The notes: generated by a model from the sequence alone, not told the origin. A stretch of 64,000 nucleotides of DNA from Gemmatimonadota bacterium (GCA_016874005.1 VGVQ01000010.1:67815-131814), one strand, 5' to 3'. Shown: positions 26,468 to 38,462, counted from the first letter of the stretch. Numbers and translations: made by a program.

Positions 26468-28378
26468 ATGAACGCCCGCGGGCTCCTCCTGATCGTCCTC
26501 GCTGCCGCCTGTGCCCCGCGCGAGACCGCCCCTCCCTCGACCGGCGCTAACGGCAAGGTCTCCGAGTTCGGCCGCTACCAGGGCTACACCGAGGCCAAGT
26601 ACGACAGTTGGGTCCGCACCTCGCAGTACGTCACCGCCCGCGACGGCACCCGGCTTGCCGTCGACGTGATTCTCCCCGCCATCGGCGGCAAGGTCGCCGA
26701 CGGCAGGTTCCCCACCCTGTGGACCCATTCCCGCTATCAGCGCGGCAGCCCGATGCCCGCGGCGGTTTTGGCGAGCCGCGACGTCCGCAACGTCAACTCC
26801 AAGGAACCGCCGAACGACTCGGCGCTGGCTCGGCGAAGCGCGCCCTCCCAGGTCGACGGGAACGAATCCCTCCAGCGCCTGGTCAAGCACGGATACGCGG
26901 TGGTGGTCGTCCAGGTCCGGGGCGGCGGCGCCTCCTTTGGCCGCTACGAGGGGCTCTTCTCTCCGGCCGAGTCCCGAGACGCCTACGACGTGATGGACTG
27001 GATGACCAAGCAACCCTGGTGCGACGGCAACCTCGGGATGTTCGGCGGATCGTATCTCGGGATCACCCAGTACAAGGCGGCGAGCACCAAGCATCCGGCC
27101 CTCAAAGCGATCTTCCCCAACGTCGCGGCGTTCGGGATGTACGACGTGATCTACGATGGCGGGATCTACCGCGAGAACATGATCCACCACTGGGGGATCC
27201 TGACTCGGAGCCTCGACGTTGTCTACCCGGAGCCGCCGGTCGACGCCGACAGCACCGGTGAACTCCGCGCCCAAGCGTTGAAGGAGCATGAGAAGAACTG
27301 GAACGTGCTGGAGCAGTTCCGCGCCGCCCGGTTCCGCGACCACGACACCAAGGACTACGCCTACGCCCGCCACGAGCCCTCGGCCGTGCTCGAGCAGATC
27401 AACCAATCCGGCGTGGCGGCCCACCACTTCGGGGGCTGGTTCGACGTCTTCGCACGCGACGAGATGCAGTGGCTGGTGAACTACTCCGGCTCGGACCGGG
27501 TCACCATGGGGGCCTGGGCCCACGCTTGGCACGACAGCGCCACCGCGGTCGAGCAGGGGCGGATCATCTCGGCCGAGCAGCATCGCTGGTTCGATCGCTG
27601 GCTCAAGGGCATCGACAACGGGGTCGACCGCGATCCGCCGATCAACTACGCCCTGATGATCGAGCCGGGCCAGTGGCAGTGGAAGACCGCCACCCAATGG
27701 CCGCTTCCCGAAGCCAAGAACACCGACTTCTTCTTCGCCGGCGGCCCCTCGGGCAGCGCTCGATCGGCCAACGACGGCAGGCTTTCGACGGCCGCATCCG
27801 ACCCCGGCTCCGACCGATACCTGGTCGATCTGACCACGACGACGGGAACGGCGAGCCGCTGGGACAACGCCGTGGGCCAGGGCATGATGAAGTACCCGAA
27901 CCTGGCCGACAACGAGAGCAAGGCGGTCACCTATACCACCGAACCCCTGGCCAGCGATCTCACCGTCGTGGGGCATCCGGTGGTGCGGCTCTTCGTGAGC
28001 AGCGATCAGCCCGACGGCGATTTCTACGCCGTGCTCACCGAGGTGGACTCGAGCGGCTTCTCACGATACGTGACCGAAGGAATGCTCCGGGCGTCCCACC
28101 GCGATACCACCACGGCGCCTTTCAATAACCTCGGCTTGCCGTGGCGGCGCCACCACAAAGCCGACCTGAAGCCGATGCTCCCCGGCCAAGTGGTCGAGCT
28201 GCTATTCGACCTCCAACCGACGGCGACGGTGTTCAACCGCGGTCATCGGCTCCGGGTCACCATCATGGGAGCCGACGCCGACAATACCGAGAAGCCGCCG
28301 GTCCGGGGACGCCCGACGATCACGATCCATCGAGGCGCCGACCATCCGTCAGCGGTCCGATTGCCGGTGGTGAATTAG
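26468..28378 (+). CDS. CocE/NonD-family (S15, X-Pro dipeptidyl-peptidase-like) hydrolase, lipoprotein signal
   Basis: ATG at 26468 gives MNARGLLLIVLAAACAPRE (lipobox). The pattern is ...YVTARDGTRLAVDVILP...VVVQVRGGGASFG...DGNLGMFGGSYLGITQ (GxSYxG nucleophile). A C-terminal beta-sandwich region follows, typical of the family. Confidence 0.85.
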   Translation: MNARGLLLIVLAAACAPRETAPPSTGANGKVSEFGRYQGYTEAKYDSWVRTSQYVTARDGTRLAVDVILPAIGGKVADGRFPTLWTHSRYQRGSPMPAAVLASRDVRNVNSKEPPNDSALARRSAPSQVDGNESLQRLVKHGYAVVVVQVRGGGASFGRYEGLFSPAESRDAYDVMDWMTKQPWCDGNLGMFGGSYLGITQYKAASTKHPALKAIFPNVAAFGMYDVIYDGGIYRENMIHHWGILTRSLDVVYPEPPVDADSTGELRAQALKEHEKNWNVLEQFRAARFRDHDTKDYAYARHEPSAVLEQINQSGVAAHHFGGWFDVFARDEMQWLVNYSGSDRVTMGAWAHAWHDSATAVEQGRIISAEQHRWFDRWLKGIDNGVDRDPPINYALMIEPGQWQWKTATQWPLPEAKNTDFFFAGGPSGSARSANDGRLSTAASDPGSDRYLVDLTTTTGTASRWDNAVGQGMMKYPNLADNESKAVTYTTEPLASDLTVVGHPVVRLFVSSDQPDGDFYAVLTEVDSSGFSRYVTEGMLRASHRDTTTAPFNNLGLPWRRHHKADLKPMLPGQVVELLFDLQPTATVFNRGHRLRVTIMGADADNTEKPPVRGRPTITIHRGADHPSAVRLPVVN

Positions 28379-29137
28379 CTCCCGGGCCCCGCCCTCAGCG
28401 GTACCCGTGATAGCGCCGCGCCCCTGCCGCCGGAACCGGGGGCGGCGGTGGCCTTCTTCACCGTCACGAATTCGATCCACGGCATGGTCGCCAGGTCGGC
28501 GGCGAGACGATCGTCGCCCGAACCGAAAATCACCGGGGTCCCCGCCCGCCCCCAGCTCAACGCCACGATCTCGGTCTCGGTGACGAACCGCCCGTTGAAC
28601 GCGATCGCGATGCCGAGCGTGAAGGTGTGCGCCGCGAACCCGCGCGACCCGGTCTTCGAGTGCATCCCAACCACCGCCACGCCATCGAACCGCTCGAAGT
28701 TGGAACGTCGAAATAGCCGTCGAACGGCTCGTCACGGATGATCTGGGTGGCCCGCTGGTCGAGCAGGTCGCGCCGCAGGTCCGGCTCCGGGTTACCACTG
28801 CCGTGCCCGTCGACCACTCTCACCTCGGTAGCGCCGCCCGGGTAGAGCCCCTCGACCACCGCGTTGATGTCCGCGGCGAGCAGCTCCTGCCCCTTGGGAT
28901 ACAGCGGCGTCCCGAAGTCGAACGAGGCCGGATCGTCTGCCCGGAGAGGCCCTCCATGTCGTGGAGGACCAGGATCCGGATCCCGTCGCTGGTGTCGGGG
29001 GTGACGGCCCGGAGCGACCAAGGCTCGTTCCCGGGGGCGGCCGCGCCAGGGGCGGGCGGCGACGCGGGCCGCGGCGATGGGGCCGCGCAAGACGCCACGG
29101 CCAGACAGGCAACGGCCACCCCGATGGATCGAATCAT
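28375..29137 (-). pseudogene. M55-family D-aminopeptidase (DppA-like) gene disrupted by two 1-nt frameshifts
   Basis: Three track ORFs in three frames join into one protein. The first is MIRSIGVAVACLAVASC...IRILVLHDMEGLSG, up to frameshift 1 at about 28941-28942. The second is ADDPASFDFGTPLYPKGQELLAADINAVVEGL...VRVVDGHGSG...DEPFDGYFD, up to frameshift 2 at about 28705-28706. The third is SNFERFDGVAVVGMHSKTGSRGFAAHTF...VIFGSGDD.... The length is 763 nt, which equals 255 codons minus 2 nt. Confidence 0.75.
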
Positions 29138-29168
29138 CTCTCCTCCTCGACGATTGAAGACGGCACCG

Positions 29169-30887
29169 TCAACGGGGCCGCCACCCCGCGCCCCGAAGGG
29201 CCCGGCCGGGTCTGGCCCCGGTGTGCTTGCCATCCGACCAGACCGCCACCCCGCCGACGAACACGTGGCGGACCCCCTCCGACAGCTGATGCGGCCGCTC
29301 GAAGGTGGCTCGATCGATCACCGTGGCCGGGTCGAACACCGCGATGTCGGCCACCATGCCTTCCTTGATCATTCCCCGATCCCGGAGCCCGAGGATCTGG
29401 GCGTTCGACCACGTCATCTTCCGGACCGCCTCCTCCATCGTGAAGAGCCGCTCCTCCCGGGCGTACTTGCCGAGTACTCGGGGGAACGACCCGTACGATC
29501 GGGGGTGCACCAGCGCCTTGGACGAATCGGGATCATAGCCCGCCGCGTCACTCCCGATGACCACCCAGGGCTGCCCGATCATCATCGCCACGTTGGCGTC
29601 CGACATGCCGAAGGTGATCTTGCCGAGCCGGTTCGATTCCCCGACGGTCAGCTCGATGATGGTGTCGATCCAGTCTCTGCCCATCGCCTTGGCGATCGCA
29701 TCGAGTCGCCAGCCCTGGAATCGCTGCCACTCCGGCTTGGTGAAGCCCGAGATCTGGTAGGCACTGGGCGGATTGTGTTGGCAGTAGACCGGCGCGTTCG
29801 CCGCTCGATCCGCCATTTCGCGTCGGATCCGATCCCTCAGACCCGGGTTCCCGAGGTTGTCGAGCAGCTTGCCGTCGGCGTGGGCCCAGGCTGGCACGCA
29901 GGACGAGAGGTTGTTTCCGGACGCCGGGTAGGGGTACATCGTCGCCTTGACGTCCTGCCCCGCGCCGCGTGCCGAGTCGATCTTGGTGACGGCCGGGCCG
30001 GCGAGGTGCCAGTTGACTTGGCCCGACGCCTTGAGGTGATAGACCACCACCGGGACACCGCCCTCGCGCCCGATCCGAATCGCCTCGTCGAGGGCGCCTA
30101 ACAACTGGCTCTCTTCGGACCGAATGTGGGTGATGTATGTCCCATGGAGCGGTGCCATGGCCTTGGCCATCTCGATCAACTCGTCCGTCCCGGCGTAGCT
30201 GCCGGGCGGGTAGATCAAGGCACTCGAAATCCCGAAGGCGCCGTCACGCATCGCGTTCCTGACCACGGCCCGCATGGTGTCGAGCGCGGCCGCGTCGGGG
30301 GCCCCCTCACGCCGTCCCATGGCATAGGCGCGGACGGTCGTGGCGCCGAGGTAGCTGCCGACGTTGGTCGAGTTGCCGTGCCGCTCCATCCCGGTGAGCC
30401 AGGCGTCGAAACCGTGCTCACCCCGATATCCGCCGACCCGTTCGGCGTGACCCCGATCGTCGGAGTCGGACCCGTCGTACAACGAGTCGATGTTGGCGTT
30501 GGATGGCGCCGGCGTGGTCGCTTCCCCGAGGATTTCGGAGGTGACCCCCTGAGCCACCTTGCCAACCAGGCGGCCATCGCCGAAGAGGAGCGCCCCCCAC
30601 GAGTGCGATTGGATGTCGATAAACCCGGGCGACACCGCCAACCCCGAGGCGTTCACCGTCGTCTTGGCCGCGCTTGGCTCGATCGCCCCGGGAGGCGCGA
30701 TCCGGACGATTCGGTCGCCCCGGATGGCGACGTCCGCCAGGTACCAGGGATTCCCGGTGCCGTCCATGATTCGGCCCCCGGCGATCACCAAGTCGTACCC
30801 GGAGCCGTCTCCGGTGCCGGCCGGTGACACCGAGGCTGGCCGGCAGCCGGCTGCGAGCAGGACGGCGAGGATGAATCGCGAGGCCAT
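29169..30887 (-). CDS. N-acyl-D-amino-acid deacylase (D-aminoacylase) family amidohydrolase, lipoprotein
   Basis: ATG at 30885-30887 gives MASRFILAVLLAAGC. The stretch YDLVIAGGRIMDGTGNPWYLADVAIRGDRIVRI...ASGLAVSPGFIDIQSHS is the typical D-aminoacylase N-terminus. The size (572 aa) and C-terminal region also fit the family. Confidence 0.85.
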   Translation of the reverse strand: MASRFILAVLLAAGCRPASVSPAGTGDGSGYDLVIAGGRIMDGTGNPWYLADVAIRGDRIVRIAPPGAIEPSAAKTTVNASGLAVSPGFIDIQSHSWGALLFGDGRLVGKVAQGVTSEILGEATTPAPSNANIDSLYDGSDSDDRGHAERVGGYRGEHGFDAWLTGMERHGNSTNVGSYLGATTVRAYAMGRREGAPDAAALDTMRAVVRNAMRDGAFGISSALIYPPGSYAGTDELIEMAKAMAPLHGTYITHIRSEESQLLGALDEAIRIGREGGVPVVVYHLKASGQVNWHLAGPAVTKIDSARGAGQDVKATMYPYPASGNNLSSCVPAWAHADGKLLDNLGNPGLRDRIRREMADRAANAPVYCQHNPPSAYQISGFTKPEWQRFQGWRLDAIAKAMGRDWIDTIIELTVGESNRLGKITFGMSDANVAMMIGQPWVVIGSDAAGYDPDSSKALVHPRSYGSFPRVLGKYAREERLFTMEEAVRKMTWSNAQILGLRDRGMIKEGMVADIAVFDPATVIDRATFERPHQLSEGVRHVFVGGVAVWSDGKHTGARPGRALRGAGWRPR

Positions 30888-31049
30888 GGTCGATCCGCAG
30901 TGGAAGGGTGGGCTCAAGGATCAATCGCCGATCGAACCTGGTCAAGCGCGGCGGCGGTGATCGGATCGACCGCGGCGGACCGAGGGCCCCTTGCGTGACC
31001 GCGTTGGCTCGCCCACTCTCCACCACCTTTCGCGCTCAGGATCGGCACC

Positions 31050-31532
31050 ATGTCGTTCGCCTTCTGCCGGTTGAACCGGATCACCGGACTCGTCGCCCTC
31101 GCCGCCACGGCGGCTTGCAGCGACGGCGGATCCCCAGACCCGGTCTCGATCGAGAACACCCAGTTCGCGGCGTCCCTCGGCATCAACTTGTCGCAATTCA
31201 CCAGGACGAGCGCCGGCGTCTACCTCCAGGACGTCACCGTCGGCAACGGTGCCGTCGCGACCAACGGCAAGCGGGCCTCGATCCATTACATCGGGTGGCT
31301 CGCCAACGGCACCCAGTTCGATGCCAACCAACCACCCAGTCAGCCGTTCGCGTTCACGATCGCGTCGGGCCAGGTCATCCCCGGCTTCGACGAGGCGGTC
31401 CGCGACATGAAGGTCGGCGGCCGCCGGAAGGCGATCATTCCATCCGAGCTGGGCTATGGACGGAACGGGTCCGGTCCGATCCCGCCCAACGCGGTGCTGG
31501 TCTTCCAGATCGACCTGGTGGCGCTGCAGTAG
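31050..31532 (+). CDS. FKBP-type peptidyl-prolyl cis-trans isomerase, lipoprotein
   Basis: Lipobox LAATAACS. The FKBP core reads VHYxGWLxxGxxFDxS-like IHYIGWLANGTQFDAN...FTIASGQVIPGFDEAVRDMKVGGRRKAIIPSELGYG...PPNAVLVFQIDLV. Confidence 0.9.
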   Translation: MSFAFCRLNRITGLVALAATAACSDGGSPDPVSIENTQFAASLGINLSQFTRTSAGVYLQDVTVGNGAVATNGKRASIHYIGWLANGTQFDANQPPSQPFAFTIASGQVIPGFDEAVRDMKVGGRRKAIIPSELGYGRNGSGPIPPNAVLVFQIDLVALQ

Positions 31533-31552
31533 CCCCGAGCGGGCCGCGCCGG

Positions 31553-32542
31553 TCAGCGGCCCAGCAGCGCTCGGAGGGCCAACAGACCGGCGACCACGCC
31601 GAGCGCCGAGAGCACCGCGATCCGCCGGCCAGTGGCGTTGTCTTGTTCGAACCGCCGAGTTCCAGCGTCGATTCGAGCTTGACGAGGATTGGCCCTGAGG
31701 TACCGGACGGTTACCGCGTCACCCACCGCCAGGTTGGTCACGCTGGCGTCGTCGACCGCGTCGACGGCGAGGATCGGCCCTCGGCCCCGAGCCGGCGTGA
31801 ATTCGAACGCGACCAGCCGATAGGGGCGTTCGAGCCCGAAGAGCCGATCGCGGTTGGCACTGGCCGGATACAAGCTCGCGACCCGCCACATCCGCTTGAT
31901 CGTTCCCTGCCCGCGCTCGGCGGCGGTCTCGGGGGTCCCCGATCCGGAATAGGGACCGAACTGGTCCACCGCAGCGTAGCAGCCAAGCCCGAGCAGGACC
32001 GCGCCAACCGCCCTGCGGATCAGTCCCTTGCTGCCTTTCCCCCCGAACAACAGCAATCCGAACGTCACCGCCGCGACGGCCAGCAAGCCGATACCCCAGC
32101 GGAAGGCCGGAAAGGTGGCGAGCCACGCCGACGACGGGGACCGCTCCAGCCGGATGAACGATTTCCAGATCGGCAGATAGCGGACCTCGATCGGATCGCC
32201 GAAGGCCACCAGATCGTAGCTCTCCTGGTCGGCGCGAACTCGGCGCAACCCGCCGGTACCGGCGGCCTCTTTGATCGAGATCCAGCGCTCGGCCCGGGGA
32301 GCGCCGTTGAGGCCCACCGAGACCGTCTCCCGGCGATCGGCGACGACGACCTTCTCGACCACGCCAGCTCGATCGAGCAGGGCGATCAGGAGCCACGGAC
32401 TCGCGAAGAGACCGGCTGCCATGAACGCCGCCCCAACCCAGGGCAGCTTCTTGCCGCCGAGCCAGGCGCCGAGCCGATACAGCCCGAAGGCGCCGAACAG
32501 GACGCCAACGAGGAGGAGCGCCAGACCGGAGATCGAGTTCAT
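31553..32542 (-). CDS. hypothetical multi-pass membrane protein with an internal duplication (DUF3592-like, tentative)
   Basis: ATG at 32540-32542 (MNSISGLALLLVGVLFGAFGL). Two TM pairs are each followed by a soluble module ending in a similar motif: AFGDPIEVRYLP and AVGDAVTVRYLRANP. Confidence 0.65.
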   Translation of the reverse strand: MNSISGLALLLVGVLFGAFGLYRLGAWLGGKKLPWVGAAFMAAGLFASPWLLIALLDRAGVVEKVVVADRRETVSVGLNGAPRAERWISIKEAAGTGGLRRVRADQESYDLVAFGDPIEVRYLPIWKSFIRLERSPSSAWLATFPAFRWGIGLLAVAAVTFGLLLFGGKGSKGLIRRAVGAVLLGLGCYAAVDQFGPYSGSGTPETAAERGQGTIKRMWRVASLYPASANRDRLFGLERPYRLVAFEFTPARGRGPILAVDAVDDASVTNLAVGDAVTVRYLRANPRQARIDAGTRRFEQDNATGRRIAVLSALGVVAGLLALRALLGR

Positions 32543-32640
32543 CGAGAATCCCGCATGGTCAGTAGAACATAAGGGACTCACCGGGTTGCCGAGCGGGTGT
32601 TTTGATCCCAGATTCGGGGAACCTCTCGACAACCGGCGCC

Positions 32641-33627
32641 ATGCATCGACTGACCGAGACCAGTTGGATCTGGAAAGACGGCAAGTTCATCAAGTGGGCC
32701 GACGCCACCGTCCACGTCCTCTCGCACTCCATGCAGTTCGGCTCATCGGCGTTCGAGGGCATCCGCTGTTACCGGACTCCTCGAGGCCCGGCGATCTTCC
32801 GGCTGTCGGAACACCTCCACCGGCTCAAGAACTCCTGCAAGATCTACCGGATGGAGGTGTCCTACTCGGTCGACGAGCTGGCGGCGGCTTGCTGCGAGCT
32901 GGTCAACCGGAACGGCCTGGAGGAATGTTACCTCCGACCGATGGTGATTCGGGGTTACGGCGCGGCGGGGATGGTACCGTTCGCGAGCCCGGTGGAGGTG
33001 TACCTCCCCTGTTGGCCCTGGGGCGCCTACCTCGGACCCGAGGCGTTCGAGAAGGGCGTCGACGCGACGGTGTCGACCTGGACCCGGGTCGCGCCTAACA
33101 CCTTGCCCGCTGGGGCCAAGATGGCGGGGAACTACCTGAGCGGCATGTTGGTCAAGATGGAAGCCCTCGCCAACGGGTTCGGCGAAGGGATCGCCCTCGA
33201 CGTCGACGGCCGAGTCAGCGAGGGATCCGGCCAAAACGTGTTCCTGGTCAAGGACGGGGCGATTCACACCGCGCCGATCAACGGAACCCTCCTGCCGGGA
33301 ATCACCCGCGACGCGATCGTCACCCTGACCAGGGACGCCGGCTACCGAGTCCACGAAGGCCCGGTCTCGAGGGAAATGCTCTACCTCGCCGACGAGGTCT
33401 TCTTCTGCGGAACCGCGGTCGAGGTCACTCCGGTTCGTTCGGTCGACAAGATCCCGGTCGGCAACGGGACACCCGGCCCGGTCACTCGGGACATCCAGCG
33501 ACGGTTCCAGGCCGTGACCACCGGCCAGGCGCCCGATCCGCACAGCTGGCTGACCTACGCCGGCGCGCCGCGGGAGCCCAACCTGGCAACCCGACCGGCC
33601 CAACCCTCACCCACGCCGGCGGCGTAG
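32641..33627 (+). CDS. ilvE: branched-chain amino acid aminotransferase (PLP fold type IV)
   Basis: ATG at 32641. The pattern is W.DGKFIKWADATVHVLSHSMQFGSSAFEGIRCY...IFRLSEHLHRL..S...YLRP...RGYG...K..GNY..S.L...EA...G..E.I.LD..G.V.EG.G.N.F....G...TP....LPGITR, typical of IlvE. Confidence 0.9.
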   Translation: MHRLTETSWIWKDGKFIKWADATVHVLSHSMQFGSSAFEGIRCYRTPRGPAIFRLSEHLHRLKNSCKIYRMEVSYSVDELAAACCELVNRNGLEECYLRPMVIRGYGAAGMVPFASPVEVYLPCWPWGAYLGPEAFEKGVDATVSTWTRVAPNTLPAGAKMAGNYLSGMLVKMEALANGFGEGIALDVDGRVSEGSGQNVFLVKDGAIHTAPINGTLLPGITRDAIVTLTRDAGYRVHEGPVSREMLYLADEVFFCGTAVEVTPVRSVDKIPVGNGTPGPVTRDIQRRFQAVTTGQAPDPHSWLTYAGAPREPNLATRPAQPSPTPAA

Positions 33628-33768
33628 CTCGGGCCGGATCTCCTCTGCCAATTTGGCGTGTTTGGCAGGTACGGCGGTTGCCCTACCGCCTGGCCAACAA
33701 GTACGCGCGATCCGGGAGGCGGCCAAACGGCCACTCCGGAGACACCCTTGGCATGAGCGAGTAGATCT

Positions 33769-35682
<1,914 letters not shown>

Positions 35683-35692
35683 GCCGGTGCGA

Positions 35693-35709
35693 CCGGAACC
35701 GGGTTCCGG
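35693..35709 (+). terminator. hairpin immediately after dnaK (possible intrinsic terminator, no U-tract)
   Basis: CCGGAAC-cgg-GTTCCGG is a 7-bp perfect stem 11 nt after the dnaK stop. It is followed by an unusually AT-rich stretch (GTATATTGTAAGC, 35717-35730) that could hold the -10 element for htrA. Confidence 0.35.
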
Positions 35710-35835
35710 GCATCCGCGTATATTGTAAGCAAGGATGCCTCCGCTGGGACGATTCCCAAGGGCCGTGGCGGGCCCCAGCGGGGGCAGCTTCGTCAGAGAA
35801 CACCAGACCGCCACGGATGCGAGTTCGAGAAGATT

Positions 35836-37473
35836 ATGTCGATTCGATCACTGAATTGGCTCAAGTTCGGCGGGTTGGTGGGGCTGGCCTTCGCCCTCGG
35901 TCTGATGTTCGCCGGTCTCCTCGACCTGCCCACCACCTCCCTGGCCCAGAGTCGTACCAAGAAGCCCGAGGCCAGCGAGGTGATCCCGGCCGCGGCCACC
36001 CAGCCCCGCCCGGCCTCGACCGGTAGAACGCCGGCGGCAGCGTCGCTGGTCTCGTTGAGCGATGCTTTCGCCGAGGTGGCCGACCAGGTCCGGCCGAGCG
36101 TGGTCTACATCAGGGCTCGGCGCACCGAGCGAGAACTCACCCAACAGCGGCTCCCTCGGGGCCTCGAGGAGTTCTTCGGCACCCCGCGCCGGCGCAATTC
36201 GGCCCAGCCCAACGAGCCTCAGGTCGAGCAGGGATCGGGTTCCGGCTTCATCGTCTCGGACCAGGGCTATATCCTGACCAATAACCACGTGGTCGACGGG
36301 GCCGACGAGGTGACTGTGCGGCTGTTGGATCGTCACGAGTTCAAGGCCAAGGTGGTCGGGACCGATGCCAGCACCGACGTGGCCGTGATCAAGATCGAGC
36401 CGCGCAACGACGTTCGTCTCACCGCCGCGGCGTTGGGTTCGAGCAACGCCGCCCGGGTGGGCGAGTGGGTGCTGGCCGTCGGTAATCCGCTCTCCGAGAA
36501 CCTGAGCTTCACGGTGACTTCGGGGATCATCAGCGCCAAGGGACGGGGGCGGTTGCCGCTGCCCGGGGCGACCAACCTGTCGATCCAGGACTTCATCCAG
36601 ACCGACGCGGCGATTAATAGGGGGAACTCGGGCGGACCGCTCCTCAACGTCCGCGGCGAGGTCATCGGGATCAACTCGGCGATCTACAGCCCGACCGGAG
36701 TGAGCGCCGGGTACGCCTTCGCCGTTCCGATCGACTTGGCCCGCCAGGTGATGGACCAGCTGATCGCCAAGGGCAAGGTCGAACGGGCGGCGCTAGGCGT
36801 CAGCGTGGCCGAAGCCAACGCCAACGACGCCGAGGCGGTCGGCCTCGACGAGATCTCAGGTGTCCGGCTCGAGGCCTTCAGCAACGACGATTCGCCGGCG
36901 AAGGCGGCCGGACTCCAGCCGGGCGACATCATCGTCTCGATCGACGGCCAGAAGGTCGAATACGTCGCCCAGCTCCAGCAGCTGGTGGCCTTTCGGAAGC
37001 CGGGCGAAATCGTCAAGGTCGAGGTCGCCCGCAACAACGGCGTCCGGAAGACCTTCAACATCCGGCTTCAGGCTCAGCAACCGGTTACCCAGCTCGCCCG
37101 CGGCGGCGACGAGGAGGAGCCGGAGAACGAAGAGGCCCGCGAGAACGCCAGCCTGGTCCGGGACCGGCTCGGCGTCTCCGTGACCACGGTGAATTCGCAG
37201 GTGGTCGAGGAACTCAACCTCCCGGCGTCGACCCGGGGCGTCGTCATCCAGTCGGTCGACCCCTACGGCCCCGCGGACGGTCTGCTCACCCCGCCGTCCC
37301 AGTTCGGAGTCGAGATCATCACCGGATACGACGGCAAGCCGATCCGCACCGAAGCGGATCTCCGAGCCGCGATCCGAGCGACCCGGCCGGGCGCCATCGT
37401 GTCACTATCGATCGCGGTGGCGGGCGAGAACGTCCAGACCCCGACCCGAATCGTCAGAGTCAAAGTCAAGTAA
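35836..37473 (+). CDS. htrA: Do/DegP/HtrA-family periplasmic serine protease with two PDZ domains
   Basis: N-terminal anchor, GSGFIVSDQGYILTNNHVV (His), DVAVIKI (Asp) and GNSGGPLLN (Ser). Two PDZ-like segments follow (GLQPGDIIVSIDG...; RGVVIQSVDPYGPA...). Confidence 0.93.
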   Translation: MSIRSLNWLKFGGLVGLAFALGLMFAGLLDLPTTSLAQSRTKKPEASEVIPAAATQPRPASTGRTPAAASLVSLSDAFAEVADQVRPSVVYIRARRTERELTQQRLPRGLEEFFGTPRRRNSAQPNEPQVEQGSGSGFIVSDQGYILTNNHVVDGADEVTVRLLDRHEFKAKVVGTDASTDVAVIKIEPRNDVRLTAAALGSSNAARVGEWVLAVGNPLSENLSFTVTSGIISAKGRGRLPLPGATNLSIQDFIQTDAAINRGNSGGPLLNVRGEVIGINSAIYSPTGVSAGYAFAVPIDLARQVMDQLIAKGKVERAALGVSVAEANANDAEAVGLDEISGVRLEAFSNDDSPAKAAGLQPGDIIVSIDGQKVEYVAQLQQLVAFRKPGEIVKVEVARNNGVRKTFNIRLQAQQPVTQLARGGDEEEPENEEARENASLVRDRLGVSVTTVNSQVVEELNLPASTRGVVIQSVDPYGPADGLLTPPSQFGVEIITGYDGKPIRTEADLRAAIRATRPGAIVSLSIAVAGENVQTPTRIVRVKVK

Positions 37474-37487
37474 TCGAACGGGTAGAC

Positions 37488-37844
37488 TCACGGCTTCGGC
37501 GCGACCGGAATCCGGTTGGCCGCCGCCACCGAATCCCAGTGGTCCCAGCCCCATCCCGTCACCTTGCCGTTGACGGCAACGACAGGAGTCATCTTCCGCG
37601 GCGCCAGGCTGGCCGAGTCCGTCTTGCCCGGCCTGGCGTAGAACATCCCTTCGATATACAGGCCGTTGATGAGGTACGGCTCCAGCTTGTTCGGGGCAGC
37701 CTGCATGACGGCCAGGGCGCTGTCTTTGCCGATCCCGATCGTGAGTCCCTCTAGCCGAGGGTCGGCCCGCTCGCAACCCAACGCCCCAAGCACGGCGAGC
37801 ACCGCAACGGCCCGCATTCGGCTAACCAACTTCGTTTCGCTCAT
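37488..37844 (-). CDS. small hypothetical lipoprotein
   Basis: MRAVAVLAVLGALGC lipobox. An internal ATG at 37817 is the likelier start. About 100 aa; no family recognised with confidence. Confidence 0.6.
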   Translation of the reverse strand: MSETKLVSRMRAVAVLAVLGALGCERADPRLEGLTIGIGKDSALAVMQAAPNKLEPYLINGLYIEGMFYARPGKTDSASLAPRKMTPVVAVNGKVTGWGWDHWDSVAAANRIPVAPKP

Positions 37845-37986
37845 CCCATCTCCCTTGACACGTCTCGGACTGGCCGGCCCGCCCGGCCGACCGGAGCCGG
37901 GACAAATCTAATCGCCCCCTCAAGTTCCCCGAGGTTGGCGCCGATGATCCAACGAAGAAGCCGAATGAACGCCGAGCGGAGTCACC

Positions 37987-38352
37987 ATGCCCGTGGAAGC
38001 GAATCAGATCATCGACGAGAGCATCCTCGACAGCTATCGCACGCTGCAGGAGGACGGTAAGCCGGACGTCGTCACCGAATTCATCGACGTCTTCCTCGAG
38101 GACCTCCCGGGCCGCCTCACCCGCCTGGAACAGTCGGTGGCCGGCGACAACGCCAGCGAAATCCGCTCCGCCGCCCACGCGCTCAAGGGAAGTTCGGGGT
38201 CGGTCGGGGCGGCATTGCTCTCCTCGGTGTGCGGCCAGCTCGAAGCCATGGCCCGAACCGGCAGGGTCGAGGGTGCCAGGGACCTCCACACCAGGATCCT
38301 CGCGGAAGCGGTCCGGGCCACGGAGGAGCTCACCAAGCTTCGAAGACCGTAG
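37987..38352 (+). CDS. stand-alone Hpt (histidine phosphotransfer) domain protein
   Basis: 121 aa. AAHALKGSSGSVGA is the HxLKGS phospho-His motif, in a four-helix-like context (FIDVFLEDLPGRLTRLEQ...). Confidence 0.85.
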   Translation: MPVEANQIIDESILDSYRTLQEDGKPDVVTEFIDVFLEDLPGRLTRLEQSVAGDNASEIRSAAHALKGSSGSVGAALLSSVCGQLEAMARTGRVEGARDLHTRILAEAVRATEELTKLRRP

Positions 38353-38462
38353 CGCAGTTGCAGGTCGAAACAAACCCTCCCGCGAAACCAAATCATCGCT
38401 ATTGTAGAATGGTCGAAAGCGCCAGAAGGAACGGCTCGGTCCGGTAGCGACCGACGTTCTGC

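Noticed and set aside
30700-30760. The D-aminoacylase metal site reads PGFIDIQSHS, where many amidohydrolases have HxH.
   Set aside because: I cannot judge without a family alignment whether this Gln-for-His is a normal subfamily variant. It is not reported as a finding.
33661-33682. TGGCAG...TTGCC upstream of dnaK as a sigma-54 promoter.
   Set aside because: The GG-to-GC spacing is 14 nt by my count instead of the required 10. I also found no CIRCE-like inverted repeat (TTAGCACTC-N9-GAGTGCTAA) by eye in 33628-33768.
37852-37857. Perfect TTGACA hexamer between the lipoprotein and Hpt genes as a promoter -35 element.
   Set aside because: No acceptable -10 hexamer lies 16-18 nt downstream on the plus strand. 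A single hexamer match is expected by chance.
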